A program made the position numbers and the translations under genes. Positions 9,807-20,046 of a DNA stretch of 64,000 nt are shown piece after piece; the first letter of the stretch is position 1, and each line of letters begins with the position of its first letter. The notes under the pieces were generated by a model that saw only the letters and a list, made by a program, of their open reading frames with translations, made no database searches and was not told where the DNA came from. The DNA comes from Treponemataceae bacterium (GTDB lineage: Bacteria; Spirochaetota; Spirochaetia; Treponematales; Rectinemataceae). The stretch is taken from the NCBI GenBank assembly GCA_963677895.2, contig CAXXGJ010000018.1, positions 160,001 to 224,000 on the forward strand, in the 5' to 3' direction.

Positions 9807-11822
9807 GTGGGTATCAATGGTTTGAAGAAGATGAAGAAAACGCCGGTGGTCGTAGCGGACACCGACGAGATGCTCGAGGATACCGAGGCGGAGTACAACT
9901 ACCGCAAGAAATTCACCGACAAATGGCTCAAGATCATCATGGTGATTTCAGTGCTCTTCATCGGCTACCAGCTCGTCACGGCGGGATTCGGCATGCCCGA
10001 GGTCCTGAAGCACAACGCTATCCATTTAGGCTTCCTGCTCGCGCTGACATTTCTTTACTTTCCGGCCAGCAAGGCGTCGCCACGCGCGAGGCCGAGTACC
10101 CTGGATATCATTCTTTCGGTGATTTCGACGATTTGCGCCGTCTATACGGTCATCAATCGCGATTCTTACCTCCTGCGCAGCGGCATTCCCAATTTGCCCG
10201 ACTACATCTTCGGCTGCATCACGATGGTCCTCGTGCTCGAGGCGACCCGACGCACCGTCGGCGGTCAGATGCTCTGGATCAGCATCATCTGCCTCGTCTA
10301 TATGTGGGCAGGTCCATGGATGCCCGGCGTCTTCTCCCACAGGGGAACGTCGGTGCCGCGAATCATCCAGGCCATGTATCTGGGAGGCGATGGCATCTAC
10401 GGCATGCCCCTCAGCGTATCGGCTACGTATCTGATAATTTTCGTCATTCTCGCGGCTATCCTCGACAAAAGCGGCCTCGGGAAACTATTCAACGATTTGG
10501 CCATGGGCTTGGGCGGGCGCTTTACCGGAGGCCCGGCTAAAGTGTCGGTTATCGGCAGCGCCCTAGTCGGCATGATATCGGGCAGCGCGGCTTCGAACGT
10601 CGCGACGGTCGGCTCGTTCACCATCCCTCTGATGAAGAAAGTCGGCTATCCGCCAGTTTTCGCCGGCGCCGTCGAAGCGGCCGCCTCCACGGGCGGGCAG
10701 ATCATGCCGCCCATCATGGGTTCCGCCGCTTTCATCATGGCTGAGTACCTCGGCATTCCCTACCTTACTATCGCGGCCGCCGCTGTAATCCCCGCTCTTA
10801 TGTTCTTCGGCAGCGTCTTCTTCCAGGTCGATCTGCGCGCCCGCTCCCTCAAGCTAAGGGGGCTCACCAAGGAAGAAATGCCCGATGTCAAGAAAACGGT
10901 GATGCGTTACGGCCAGATGATCATCCCGATGCTCGTCCTGGTCTGGCTCATGATGCAGGGCCGCACGGCGCTCTATTCGGCCTTCTTCGCCGTCTGCCTC
11001 ACCGTCGTGCTCTCCTGGATAAGAAAAGAGACGAGAATCGGTGTCAAGGAAGCGAAGACTGTCGCCGTCAACGCCGCGCGCTCCAGCCTGGCCATCGGCA
11101 TCTCGATGGCTGCCGCCGGCTTCATGATCGCGGCTTTCTCCATGACTGGCCTCGGCATTATCCTCGCCGACAGCATCGTGGCGATCTCCGGAGGGCACCT
11201 CATGGTCGTCCTCATTCTCACCATGGTCGTTGCGATCATCCTGGGGTTGGGGCTTCCTACGAGCGCCTGCTACGTAATCACGGCTTCGATCTGCGCGCCT
11301 ATCTTGATAAAAGTCGGCCTGTCTCCCTTCCAGGCCCACTTCTTTGTCTTCTATTATTCCTGCCTCTCCACCGTCTCGCCGCCGATCGCCCTCGCGGCAT
11401 ATGTCGCGGCGGGTATCGCCAACGCCAACACCGACAAGGTCGGCTGGATGGCCTTCAGGCTCGCGCTCGCCGGCTTCATCGTACCTTTCTTCTTCATCTA
11501 CCAGCCCGGAATGCTTCTTATGGGTCCGGACGCGGCAGGAAACCTTGTCCTGAATGGCGCGAGCACGCTCAACATAATCATGTCGGTCATTTTCGGCCTC
11601 CTTGGCACCTGGTTCCTCGCTGTCTCGGTTGAAGGCTACTTCCTTATCAAGTTCCCCGTGTGGGTCCGCCCCATCTTCTTCATCGGCGCGATTCTCCTGA
11701 TAGCGCCTGGACTCACCTCGAGCCTGATCGGTTTGGCTGTTTCGGCGGTCGGAATAGCCATCATCCTGCTCATCAGGAAAAAGCAGGGAAATACTGGCAC
11801 CGGAACGCCGGTCGCCGCGTAA
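9807..11822 (+). CDS. TRAP transporter fused 4TM/12TM permease (TAXI type)
   Basis: LEATRR, GGPAKVSV, ISGSAASNV, ASTGGQIMPPIMG, LGLGLPT and SPPIALAAY motifs. Confidence 0.93.
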   Translation: MGINGLKKMKKTPVVVADTDEMLEDTEAEYNYRKKFTDKWLKIIMVISVLFIGYQLVTAGFGMPEVLKHNAIHLGFLLALTFLYFPASKASPRARPSTLDIILSVISTICAVYTVINRDSYLLRSGIPNLPDYIFGCITMVLVLEATRRTVGGQMLWISIICLVYMWAGPWMPGVFSHRGTSVPRIIQAMYLGGDGIYGMPLSVSATYLIIFVILAAILDKSGLGKLFNDLAMGLGGRFTGGPAKVSVIGSALVGMISGSAASNVATVGSFTIPLMKKVGYPPVFAGAVEAAASTGGQIMPPIMGSAAFIMAEYLGIPYLTIAAAAVIPALMFFGSVFFQVDLRARSLKLRGLTKEEMPDVKKTVMRYGQMIIPMLVLVWLMMQGRTALYSAFFAVCLTVVLSWIRKETRIGVKEAKTVAVNAARSSLAIGISMAAAGFMIAAFSMTGLGIILADSIVAISGGHLMVVLILTMVVAIILGLGLPTSACYVITASICAPILIKVGLSPFQAHFFVFYYSCLSTVSPPIALAAYVAAGIANANTDKVGWMAFRLALAGFIVPFFFIYQPGMLLMGPDAAGNLVLNGASTLNIIMSVIFGLLGTWFLAVSVEGYFLIKFPVWVRPIFFIGAILLIAPGLTSSLIGLAVSAVGIAIILLIRKKQGNTGTGTPVAA

Positions 11823-11897
11823 TGGATCCTCGCCGGGGCCAATGCCCCGGCATGGTATATGAGAAATGAGCATTTTCTATTTTTTCAAGGAGGACGT

Positions 11898-12866
11898 ATG
11901 ATGAAGAATTCTGCGAAAATCGCCGTCATCGCGGCGCTTCTCGTGCTGGCCGGCTCGGTGGCTTTTGCCGCCCCGATCAAGCACCTCACCATGGGCACCG
12001 CTGGTGTCAGCGGCACCAACTATCCCACGGGCATCGCCATGTGCCAGCTCTGGAACCAGAACATCGACGGCATCAAGGCAGTCGCCATAGCGACGAACGG
12101 CAGCCCTCACAACATCGACCTGCTCCGCACCCGGGACATCGACGTCGCTCAGTGCAGATCCCTCGAGGCTTTCCGCGCCACCAACGGCACGGCCCCCTAT
12201 CCCGAGAAGATGCCCTGGATCCGCGCCATCTCCGGCGGCCTCTTCGCTGACGTGTTCCAGGTCGTGGCTCGCAAGAGAAGCGGCATCACTTCGGTTGCCG
12301 ATTTCAAGGGCAAACGCATCGCGGTGGGTCCGGTAGGTTCCGGCGGTGAAGTCGATGCCCGCGAAACGCTCGCGGCCTATGGCCTCACCTACAAAGACAT
12401 GAAAGTCAGCTTCGTCGAATATACCCAGGGCGTCGAAATGCTCCAGGACGACCAGGTCGACGGCGCCATCCTCGGCCTCGCCCTCGGCGCGTCCGGAATG
12501 ACCGAGCTCATGCTGGACAACAAGACCATCCTTGTCCCGATAACCGACCAGGCTCTCGCGAACCTAAAGAAGGTCAACCAGTTCTACATGAGGCGCATGA
12601 TTCCGGCCAACACCTACCCGAATCAGCCGAACGCGGCCGCCACCGTCGGCACGCCTCCCGATGTCATCATCGTGCGCGACGACATGGATGCCGATCTCGT
12701 CTACAAAATGACGAAGACGCTCTATTCGAACCTTCCGACGATTCAGGCCGTTTCCGCCAATCTCAAGCAGTTCACGAAGGATCTCGTGCTCCCCGACGAC
12801 CAGATGCTCGTACCCTATCACCCCGGTGCCAGGAAGTACTTCGTCGAGCAGGGCTGGCTCAAATAA
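11898..12866 (+). CDS. TAXI family TRAP solute-binding protein
   Basis: Signal peptide; MGTAGVSGTNYP, TNGSPHN, KGKRIAVGPVGSG, PYHPGARKYF. AAGGAGG RBS before ATG at 11898. Confidence 0.92.
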   Translation: MMKNSAKIAVIAALLVLAGSVAFAAPIKHLTMGTAGVSGTNYPTGIAMCQLWNQNIDGIKAVAIATNGSPHNIDLLRTRDIDVAQCRSLEAFRATNGTAPYPEKMPWIRAISGGLFADVFQVVARKRSGITSVADFKGKRIAVGPVGSGGEVDARETLAAYGLTYKDMKVSFVEYTQGVEMLQDDQVDGAILGLALGASGMTELMLDNKTILVPITDQALANLKKVNQFYMRRMIPANTYPNQPNAAATVGTPPDVIIVRDDMDADLVYKMTKTLYSNLPTIQAVSANLKQFTKDLVLPDDQMLVPYHPGARKYFVEQGWLK

Positions 12867-12896
12867 GTCCTGACGATCGATAGAAACCGCTGATTG

Positions 12897-12934
12897 GGGC
12901 GACCCGCGATGCATTCGCGGGTCGCTCTTTTTTT
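12897..12934 (+). terminator. Intrinsic terminator after the TAXI operon
   Basis: GCGACCCGCGA-tgcat-TCGCGGGTCGC hairpin followed by a T7 tract. Confidence 0.85.
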
Positions 12935-12952
12935 GCATTCGCCCTCTCTTTG

Positions 12953-14623
12953 TCAGCGGATGTTTTCCGGTTCCCTGTATCCCGACTGTCTCTGGTGTGG
13001 ATAATCCCAGGTCTCCGACGGCAGGAAAGTCTCTTTGATCGTCCTCACCGAAGTCCAGCGGAGGAGATTGAAGACGCTTCCCGCCTTGTCGTTGGTGCCC
13101 GAGGCCCTCGCCCCGCCGAAAGGCTGCTGGCCGACGACGGCTCCCGTCGACTTGTCGTTGATGTAGAAGTTGCCGGCGCAGTCCGAGAGGGCATCCGACA
13201 TTTTCTCGATCACCTTCCTGTCGTTAGCGAATATAGACCCCGTCAGCGCGAAAGGGCTTGTGGCGTCCACCAAAGCCAGCGTTTCTTCGAACTTGTCGCC
13301 GTCGTAGACGTAGACCGTCAGGATCGGGCCGAAAATCTCCTCAGTCATGAGCTTGCCCGCTGGATTGTTCGTCTCGATTATGGTCGCCGGTATGAACCAG
13401 CCTTCGCTGTCGTCGCAGTCGCCTCCAACGATGAATTTGTATTCGTCAGGCTTGGCCTTGGCGTAGTCGATGTAGGAAACGATGTTCCTGAAGGCTTTTT
13501 TATCGATGACCGCCCCCATGAAGGTGGAAAAGTCCGCGACATCGCCCATGGCGGCGGACTCCGCGAATCCGACGAGCTTGTCCCGAACCCGCGGCCAGAT
13601 GGAGCGGGGTATATAGGCGCGGCTTGTGGCCGAGCATTTCTGCCCCTGGTATTCGAAAGCGCCGCGGAACAGCGCCACCGACAGAGCCTGGACATCGCAG
13701 TCCTCGTGGGCGATGAGAAAATTCTTGCCGCCCGTCTCCCCGACGATGCGGGGGTATACTTTATATCGATTCGCCGCGAGGTTATTCGCTATGTCGACCC
13801 ACATCGCGTTGAAGGTGGAGGTGGAGCCCGTGAAGTGCAACCCAGCGAAATGTCGGCTGGCGATGGCCGGCCCGCCGACGCTGGCCCCGTCGCCCGGAAC
13901 GAAATTGATCACCCCGGGAGGCAGGCCGGCCTCCTTCAACAGCTCCATGATATAATAATTGGAGAGCACCGCGGAGCTGGCCGGCTTCCAGACGACCGTG
14001 TTGCCCATCATGGCGGGAGCCGTCGGCAAATTCCCGCAGATGGACGTGAAGTTGAAAGGCGTCACGGCGAAGACGAAACCCTCGAGGGGCCTGTACTCCA
14101 GCCTGTTCCATGTCCTCTCCCCGTTATGCTCGGGCTGCATGGCATAGATTTGCCGGGCATAATGAACATTGAAGCGGAAGAAATCGATCAGCTCGCATGC
14201 CGAGTCGATCTCCGCCTGGTAGACGTTCTTGCTCTGTCCCAGCATGGTCGCCGCGTTCAGCTTCTGGCGGAACCGTGTGGACAGAAGGTCGGCAGCCTTG
14301 AGGAATATCGCGGCCCTGGCCTGCCAAGGCATACTCTTCCATTCGGCCCGGGCTTCGACCGCTTTTTCGGCCGCCATGGCAACCATCGCGGGGCTCGCCT
14401 TGTGATAGGTCGCCAGCAAGGCCTTATGGTTGTGGGGCGAACGTATTTCGCCCATAAGTCCGGTGCGAATTTCTTCGCCCCCGATTATCAATGGTATTTC
14501 GATTGGGCTGGATCCCTGGCGCGCAAGCTCGAGGGCGAGCGCTTCCGTTTCGGGACAATCCGGCGCGTAATTGTAGACGTGTTCGTTGCGCGGAAAGGGT
14601 GAGGAAAAAATCCCGTCCTGCAT
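12953..14623 (-). CDS. pruA: L-glutamate gamma-semialdehyde (delta-1-pyrroline-5-carboxylate) dehydrogenase
   Basis: GQSKNVYQAEIDSACELIDF, HFTGST, GETGGKN, FEYQGQKCSA, EEIFGP, QQPFGGARASGTNDKAGS. AAGGAGG RBS before MQDG. Confidence 0.93.
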   Translation of the reverse strand: MQDGIFSSPFPRNEHVYNYAPDCPETEALALELARQGSSPIEIPLIIGGEEIRTGLMGEIRSPHNHKALLATYHKASPAMVAMAAEKAVEARAEWKSMPWQARAAIFLKAADLLSTRFRQKLNAATMLGQSKNVYQAEIDSACELIDFFRFNVHYARQIYAMQPEHNGERTWNRLEYRPLEGFVFAVTPFNFTSICGNLPTAPAMMGNTVVWKPASSAVLSNYYIMELLKEAGLPPGVINFVPGDGASVGGPAIASRHFAGLHFTGSTSTFNAMWVDIANNLAANRYKVYPRIVGETGGKNFLIAHEDCDVQALSVALFRGAFEYQGQKCSATSRAYIPRSIWPRVRDKLVGFAESAAMGDVADFSTFMGAVIDKKAFRNIVSYIDYAKAKPDEYKFIVGGDCDDSEGWFIPATIIETNNPAGKLMTEEIFGPILTVYVYDGDKFEETLALVDATSPFALTGSIFANDRKVIEKMSDALSDCAGNFYINDKSTGAVVGQQPFGGARASGTNDKAGSVFNLLRWTSVRTIKETFLPSETWDYPHQRQSGYREPENIR

Positions 14624-14814
14624 GATGAGCCTCCTTTCCAAGCATGGGAGATCCGCCTCTTTCGGGACGAACCCATTGGCTTATCCCCATAGAGCCGATC
14701 CAGTGGAAGGAAGGGTCCTTAGGCGGTAAAAGCTTCAGAGCATCGAGGAAAATGTATCATTATATGCGGAGGGAGAACAGCCAGGCGGCCATTATCTTAC
14801 CGGCAGCCGCTATT

Positions 14815-16653
14815 TTACGGGCGGACATTATTTATGGGCAGCCGGATCGTGAACACAGAACCTTCTCCCGACCAGCTCTCCGCCTGCACCGAGCCGCCGT
14901 GGGCTATGGCGATATGGCGCACGATGGCGAGCCCCAGGCCCGTTCCGCCGGATTTCCTGTCCCGTGATTTGTCGGCTCGGTAGAAACGCTCGAAGATGCG
15001 CTCCAGATCAGGGGCGGGAATTCCAGATCCCCTGTCCCTGACGCGCATCTCGACGAGACCGTTTTTGGCTTCCGCTTCGAGCGTCACAGAAGAGCCCAGC
15101 GGCGAATATCGTATGGCGTTTTCGAGAAGATTGGTGAGCGCCTGCTCGACGAGGCCCGGGTTGGCCGTAAGGCGAAGGCCGCTCTGGATGGCGGATTCCA
15201 GCCGTATCGACTTCAGTTCGGCCTGATTTTTCACGTTCTCGAAAGCCGCCATGCCTATGTCCTCAACGAGACAGGATTCCAGGCTGAGCCATCCGGAAGG
15301 GTCCTTTTCGAGCCTGGCCAGGGACAGAAGATCCTCGACGATCCTTTCCATACGAAGCGCGTTCCTCTCGATTATCTCGAGGTATCGATCCGACGCTTCG
15401 CCCTCATAGCCACCAGAGCGGAGGGTTTCCGCGAAACCGCGGATGAGGTGGATAGGCGTGCGCAGCTCGTGCGAAACATTCGCGACGAAATCGGTGCGCA
15501 TGGTTTCAAGCCGTTTCATCATGCTTATATCGCTGATCGCGAGGACGATGCCCTGCTTTTCCGCGCCGCCTAGTAGCGACGCGTTGACCTGCACGATCTT
15601 TTCGCTTCCGGGATAGAGATTCACCTCATCGGCGACAGCCGTGCCCGAAGCGATGCAACGGTTCGCGATCGACACGAGGCCCGAGGTTCCGGCAATTTGG
15701 GAAAGGAGAAGGCCGGGGAGGGTTCCCCGCTCGGCGCCCAGCATCGCGTGGGCGGCGGGATTGGCCTCGATGATTTTGAGGCGGTCGTCGAGCGCCATGA
15801 TGGCCTCGCCCGCCGAATCGAGAATCGCCGAAAAGCGTTTGCCCAAAGCCTCGGCCTCAGCCGCCCTTTTGTTTAGGTCGGCGGCCATCGAATCGAGGGA
15901 TTCTTCCAGAACCTTCAGTTCGCGCGGCATGTGGTCGGCTTGACCGCGCCGGGAAGCGTTCAGGGAATCGTGCCGGGAAGCCGCGCGAGTCTCCGCCACG
16001 GTATCCGATTCCATGCCGCCTTTCGCGTAACGCCGGGCTCGGTCGGAAAGCAGGACCACGGGACGATCGAGGATGCGCACCAGGGCCGCGCTCCCGGCGA
16101 GGGCGGCGAGGGCGGCGGCGAGCGCGGCCAGGATCATGGATCTTTGGGCGTCGCCGAGGCTTTCCATGAGGCCCGGGAGGGGAAGGGCCAGGCGCAGGGC
16201 GCCCGTTATGGTTTTTCCGTCCAGAGAGCGCAGCGGAATGGCCGCGTAAAGCATCCATTCGCCCAAGGTCGTCGAGAGACGTCTGGACCAGGAAGCCCTG
16301 CCCGCGAGAGCGCCGGCGACTTCGGGTCGGTCGGAATGGTTGGACATCGAAATGGAATCGGCGCTTGAATCGCCCGCGACCTTCCCCGAAACGTCGATCA
16401 GCGTAACTCTATAGCCCGATTCGGCTCCGATACGGGCGCAGAAAAAGGCGGCCGTACCGGGATTCGAAGTCGAATTCCAGTCCTCGGGCAGAAAAGCGGC
16501 CGCCGCCGCGGCGGCCCGTTCAAGACCGTCGGCGTTCGACCTGATGTACGCTCTCTCGGAGATAGCTATGCTGAGCGCGAGGACGAGGACAGCCACCGCG
16601 AGGACGGCCGCCGAAATAACCGCCAGACTCCTGGCGAAAAGGCTCCGTCTCAC
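14815..16653 (-). CDS. phoR: Phosphate regulon sensor histidine kinase (TM-PAS-HisKA-HATPase)
   Basis: NHSDRPEV, FVANVSHELRTP, NLLENAIRY, FYRADKSR and GTGLGLAIV motifs; last gene of the pst-phoU-phoB operon. Confidence 0.88.
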   Translation of the reverse strand: MRRSLFARSLAVISAAVLAVAVLVLALSIAISERAYIRSNADGLERAAAAAAAFLPEDWNSTSNPGTAAFFCARIGAESGYRVTLIDVSGKVAGDSSADSISMSNHSDRPEVAGALAGRASWSRRLSTTLGEWMLYAAIPLRSLDGKTITGALRLALPLPGLMESLGDAQRSMILAALAAALAALAGSAALVRILDRPVVLLSDRARRYAKGGMESDTVAETRAASRHDSLNASRRGQADHMPRELKVLEESLDSMAADLNKRAAEAEALGKRFSAILDSAGEAIMALDDRLKIIEANPAAHAMLGAERGTLPGLLLSQIAGTSGLVSIANRCIASGTAVADEVNLYPGSEKIVQVNASLLGGAEKQGIVLAISDISMMKRLETMRTDFVANVSHELRTPIHLIRGFAETLRSGGYEGEASDRYLEIIERNALRMERIVEDLLSLARLEKDPSGWLSLESCLVEDIGMAAFENVKNQAELKSIRLESAIQSGLRLTANPGLVEQALTNLLENAIRYSPLGSSVTLEAEAKNGLVEMRVRDRGSGIPAPDLERIFERFYRADKSRDRKSGGTGLGLAIVRHIAIAHGGSVQAESWSGEGSVFTIRLPINNVRP

Positions 16654-17363
16654 GGCGTGCCCCTGAATCTATACCCAATGCCCCGCACCGTTTCGATGAA
16701 GGCGCCCTCGTCGCCCAGTTTCCGCCTCAGCGAAAGGATATGAACGTCAAGGGAGCGGTCGGTGACGGGATAATCGTCGCCCTTCGTTTTCGCGATGGCC
16801 TGCGCCCTCGTAAACACTCGTCCAGGTTCGCGCATCAGAAGCTCGAGAAAGGCAAATTCCGTAGCGGAGAGGTTTATGGGTCTTCCCCTCGCGAATACCT
16901 CGTGCCGCATTGGATCGAGGACTATCCCCGAAACCTCCAGGGAATCGCTCTTTTTTTCCGTCTTGCCTTCGACGCGCCTGAGAAGCGAACGGATTCGGGC
17001 GACGAGAACCTTGGGGCTGAAGGGTTTGGCTATGTAGTCGTCCGCGCCGAGGTCGAGACCGACGACGACGTCCGCTTCCTCCCCGCGCGCGGAGGCGATG
17101 ATGACGGGGAGTACGGCGCTTTTCGGCCGCGAGCGCAGCGCGCGCAGGACGGCGAGGCCGTCCATGCCGGGGAGCATGAGGTCGAGGACGCAGAGGCTGA
17201 AATCGTTTTCCGCCATGAGGGCAAGGGCTTTTTCGCCGTTTTCGGCATTGAGACTCAGCCAGCCTTCCTTGCGGAAGGAGACCGCGAGAAGCTCAGCGAT
17301 ATCAGGATCGTCTTCCACGATAAGAATTGTCGGACCATCCATTCCGCTTCCCTCCTCATTCAT
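16650..17363 (-). CDS. phoB: OmpR/PhoB family response regulator
   Basis: LDLMLPGMDG, GADDYIAKPF and ETVRGIGY motifs; operon context. Confidence 0.88.
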   Translation of the reverse strand: MNEEGSGMDGPTILIVEDDPDIAELLAVSFRKEGWLSLNAENGEKALALMAENDFSLCVLDLMLPGMDGLAVLRALRSRPKSAVLPVIIASARGEEADVVVGLDLGADDYIAKPFSPKVLVARIRSLLRRVEGKTEKKSDSLEVSGIVLDPMRHEVFARGRPINLSATEFAFLELLMREPGRVFTRAQAIAKTKGDDYPVTDRSLDVHILSLRRKLGDEGAFIETVRGIGYRFRGTP

Positions 17364-18015
17364 TCAGTCCCACCCGCGTACCCTTCACCATGAAGACGAT
17401 ATCCTCGCAGGCATTGGTCATGTGGTCGCCCAGCCTTTCGAGGTAGCCCGAGGTGGTGAGGAGCTTGGCGGCTCGCTCTGCCTCCTGGGGTCTTTCGCGC
17501 ATCATGGCGAGCACATCGTTGATCAGGGCCTTGTGCTCGCCATCCACGATATCATCCATCGCGGCCGCGCTCAACGCCAGTTCGACCGAGCGGTCGCAGA
17601 AGGCCTTGGCCGTGTCCCGCATCATGGTTCCGTCGATCTCCGCCATGTGGGCCAGGCGTTCGATCATGCGCGACTTGGGTTCGCCCGCGAACTTGCCCGT
17701 AGCCTTGGCCAGGTGCACCGCGTAATCGGCCGCGCGTTCGTAATCGGCGGCGATCTTGGACGCGGCGACGAGGATCCTCAAGTCTCCCGCCACGGGCTGC
17801 TGGGTGGCGAGAGCCACGGCGACGAGGTCCTCGATATCCACCTGGAGGCGGTCGATCTCGGCGTCGCCTTTTTTCACTTCCTTCACGAGGTCCATGTCCT
17901 GGTTCCGGATGGCGAGGGAAGCCTTCAGGAGGGCTTCCTCGGCCTTCGCCGCTATGAGGGTCACTGCCTCGTCAATCTTCGCGAGGTCTTCGGTCAATCT
18001 GGTCCTGTCGGTCAT
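17356..18015 (-). CDS. phoU: Phosphate signalling complex protein PhoU
   Basis: QQPVAGDLR, DYERAADY and LERLGDHMTNACE motifs. Confidence 0.93.
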   Translation of the reverse strand: MTDRTRLTEDLAKIDEAVTLIAAKAEEALLKASLAIRNQDMDLVKEVKKGDAEIDRLQVDIEDLVAVALATQQPVAGDLRILVAASKIAADYERAADYAVHLAKATGKFAGEPKSRMIERLAHMAEIDGTMMRDTAKAFCDRSVELALSAAAMDDIVDGEHKALINDVLAMMRERPQEAERAAKLLTTSGYLERLGDHMTNACEDIVFMVKGTRVGLNE

Positions 18016-18052
18016 TTTTCCGTCCTGTTATCCTGTCCGATTTTTCTGATTC

Positions 18053-18811
18053 TTAGCCGAAACGGCCCGAGATATAGCGTTCCGTGCGCTCGTCCTTCGG
18101 GGTGACGAAGAGCTGCCTAGTGGGAGCGTATTCGACCAAGTCGCCCGTCAGGAAAAAAGCCGTGCTGTCCGAAACGCGGCCAGCCTGCTGCATGTTGTGC
18201 GTCACGATGATGATAGTATACAGGCTTTTCAAGTCTTCCAGGAGAGATTCTATCTTGGCCGTCGAAAGAGGGTCGAGGGCGCTCGTCGGCTCGTCCATGA
18301 GGAGTATCTCGGGCTTGAGGGCGAGGGCACGCGCGATGCAGAGCCTCTGCTGCTGACCGCCCGAGAGGGCGTAGGCGCTGCGCTTCAATTTGTCCTTCAC
18401 CTCGTCCCATAGGGCGGCCTGCTTGAGGCTGGACTCCACCAGCTCGTCCATATCTCCCGTCCAACCATTGATGCGGGCGCCCCAGGCTATGTTTTCGTAG
18501 ATGCTTTTCGGGAAAGGGTTGGGCTTCTGGAAGACCATGCCTATGTTCCTGCGCACCTGGACGGCGTCGACGGCCGCGTCGTAGATATTGACGCCGTGGA
18601 AGAGCACCTGGCCGGTGGTCTTCGTGTCGGGAATGAGCTCGTTCATGCGGTTGAAGGCGCGCAGGGCCGTGCTCTTCCCGCAGCCCGAGGGGCCGATGAT
18701 GGCCGTCACCGAGCATTTCGCGAAAGTCATCGTCAGGTCGCGCACGCCTATGTGGCCGTCGGCGTATTCTATGGTCATGTTCCGCACGTCGAGTGCAATT
18801 TCATTGTTCAC
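18053..18811 (-). CDS. pstB: Phosphate ABC transporter ATP-binding protein
   Basis: [47 protein letters not shown] start overlaps the pstA stop (GTGA). Confidence 0.95.
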   Translation of the reverse strand: MNNEIALDVRNMTIEYADGHIGVRDLTMTFAKCSVTAIIGPSGCGKSTALRAFNRMNELIPDTKTTGQVLFHGVNIYDAAVDAVQVRRNIGMVFQKPNPFPKSIYENIAWGARINGWTGDMDELVESSLKQAALWDEVKDKLKRSAYALSGGQQQRLCIARALALKPEILLMDEPTSALDPLSTAKIESLLEDLKSLYTIIIVTHNMQQAGRVSDSTAFFLTGDLVEYAPTRQLFVTPKDERTERYISGRFG

Positions 18812-20046
18812 GTGTTCGTTCTCCGTCGGGCGCTGAAGCGGTTGCGCAGGATTATGGCCGTCGCGTTGAGGGTCAGAAGAAGGACGAGGAGGACGAGGAT
18901 CGCCGCGGCGGCGAGGTTCTTGAACTCCCCCTGGGGTCGGGAGGTCCACTGGTAGATCTGTATGGGAAGGGTGGTGAAACGCGAGAAAGGACTCACCGGA
19001 TCGATCGTGAGGAAGGTGGAAGCGCCCACCACGACGAGAGGAGCCGTTTCGCCGAGGGCGCGGGAGATGGCGAGGACGGTGCCCGTGAGGATCCTGTCGG
19101 CGCTGGCGGGCAGGACATGGTGCCAGATCGTCTGCCATTTTGTGGCGCCCAGGGCGAGCCCGGCCTTCCTCAGGGATTGGGGCACGGCGCGCAGGGCTTC
19201 CTGCGAGTTGATGATGATCACCGGCAGGACGAGGAGGGCGAGGGTGAGGGAGGCCGAAAGGATGGTCCGCCCGCTCGCGGCGCCTTTTTCGGCCGCGCCG
19301 AAGAGGACGCCCGAGGTCAGCGGCTCGAGCCAGCGCACGAAGACGGCCAGGCCCAGCATGCCGTAGATGATCGAGGGCACCCCGGACAGGTTATAAATGT
19401 TGAGCTGTATAAAGCGATTTACCGCGTTGTCGGCGGCATATTCCTCCAGCCAAATCGCCGCGGCCACGCCGAGGGGAAAGGCGATGAGGAGGGTGAGGAG
19501 AATCGTGGCCAGGGAGCCGATCGCCGCGCCGCGCAGGCCCGAGTCCAGCGCCGAACTCGACTGGGGATTCGTGAGGAGGCTGGCCCGCAGCCAGGAGCGG
19601 AAATACAGCCTTCCGTCGGGAAAATCGCTGTCCCTGAAATCAAATATGGCTTTGCGCTGGAAGACGCTCTGCGCGAGGGTCCAGGTCCGCGCTGGTCTTT
19701 CCTGGACGATTTCCGTCATCACGAGGCCGAGCAGTTCCTCCCTGCTTCTGGATTCCAGGGGCTTGGCTTCTTCCAGCGTGGCAAGATGACGGCGGGTGAG
19801 CCCTTCCTTGAGCGTCCCGATGAGGGCGGGGGCTTCCTGGCTTTCCAGGGCGACGCCCTCCCTGGCCAGGCTCGCGGGATCGACTTCCGACGTTACGAGG
19901 ACATAGCCGAAGCTCTGCGAGATGATCGAAAGCACGAGGATGACGAGAAAGAGGACGGAAATCGCCGTGGCGACGAGAAAGGCCGTGCCCCAGCGCGCCG
20001 CCTTGGCTTTCCGCGCGCCCAGGTTTTCCGCATGCACGCCGTTCAT
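18808..20046 (-). CDS. pstA: Phosphate ABC transporter permease PstA
   Basis: [21 protein letters not shown] and RALGETAPL motifs. Confidence 0.93.
   Translation of the reverse strand: MNGVHAENLGARKAKAARWGTAFLVATAISVLFLVILVLSIISQSFGYVLVTSEVDPASLAREGVALESQEAPALIGTLKEGLTRRHLATLEEAKPLESRSREELLGLVMTEIVQERPARTWTLAQSVFQRKAIFDFRDSDFPDGRLYFRSWLRASLLTNPQSSSALDSGLRGAAIGSLATILLTLLIAFPLGVAAAIWLEEYAADNAVNRFIQLNIYNLSGVPSIIYGMLGLAVFVRWLEPLTSGVLFGAAEKGAASGRTILSASLTLALLVLPVIIINSQEALRAVPQSLRKAGLALGATKWQTIWHHVLPASADRILTGTVLAISRALGETAPLVVVGASTFLTIDPVSPFSRFTTLPIQIYQWTSRPQGEFKNLAAAAILVLLVLLLTLNATAIILRNRFSARRRTNT

Noticed and set aside
12950..14602. 550-aa plus-strand ORF, and many similar overlapping ORFs in the track
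   Set aside because: Antisense or off-frame shadows of well-supported genes.
18812..19138. N-terminal extension of PstB in the ORF track (similar extensions for asd, pstS, pgl, oppC, oppF and ppk1)
   Set aside because: Overlap upstream genes or lack an RBS; downstream starts with RBS or stop-start coupling fit the family lengths.
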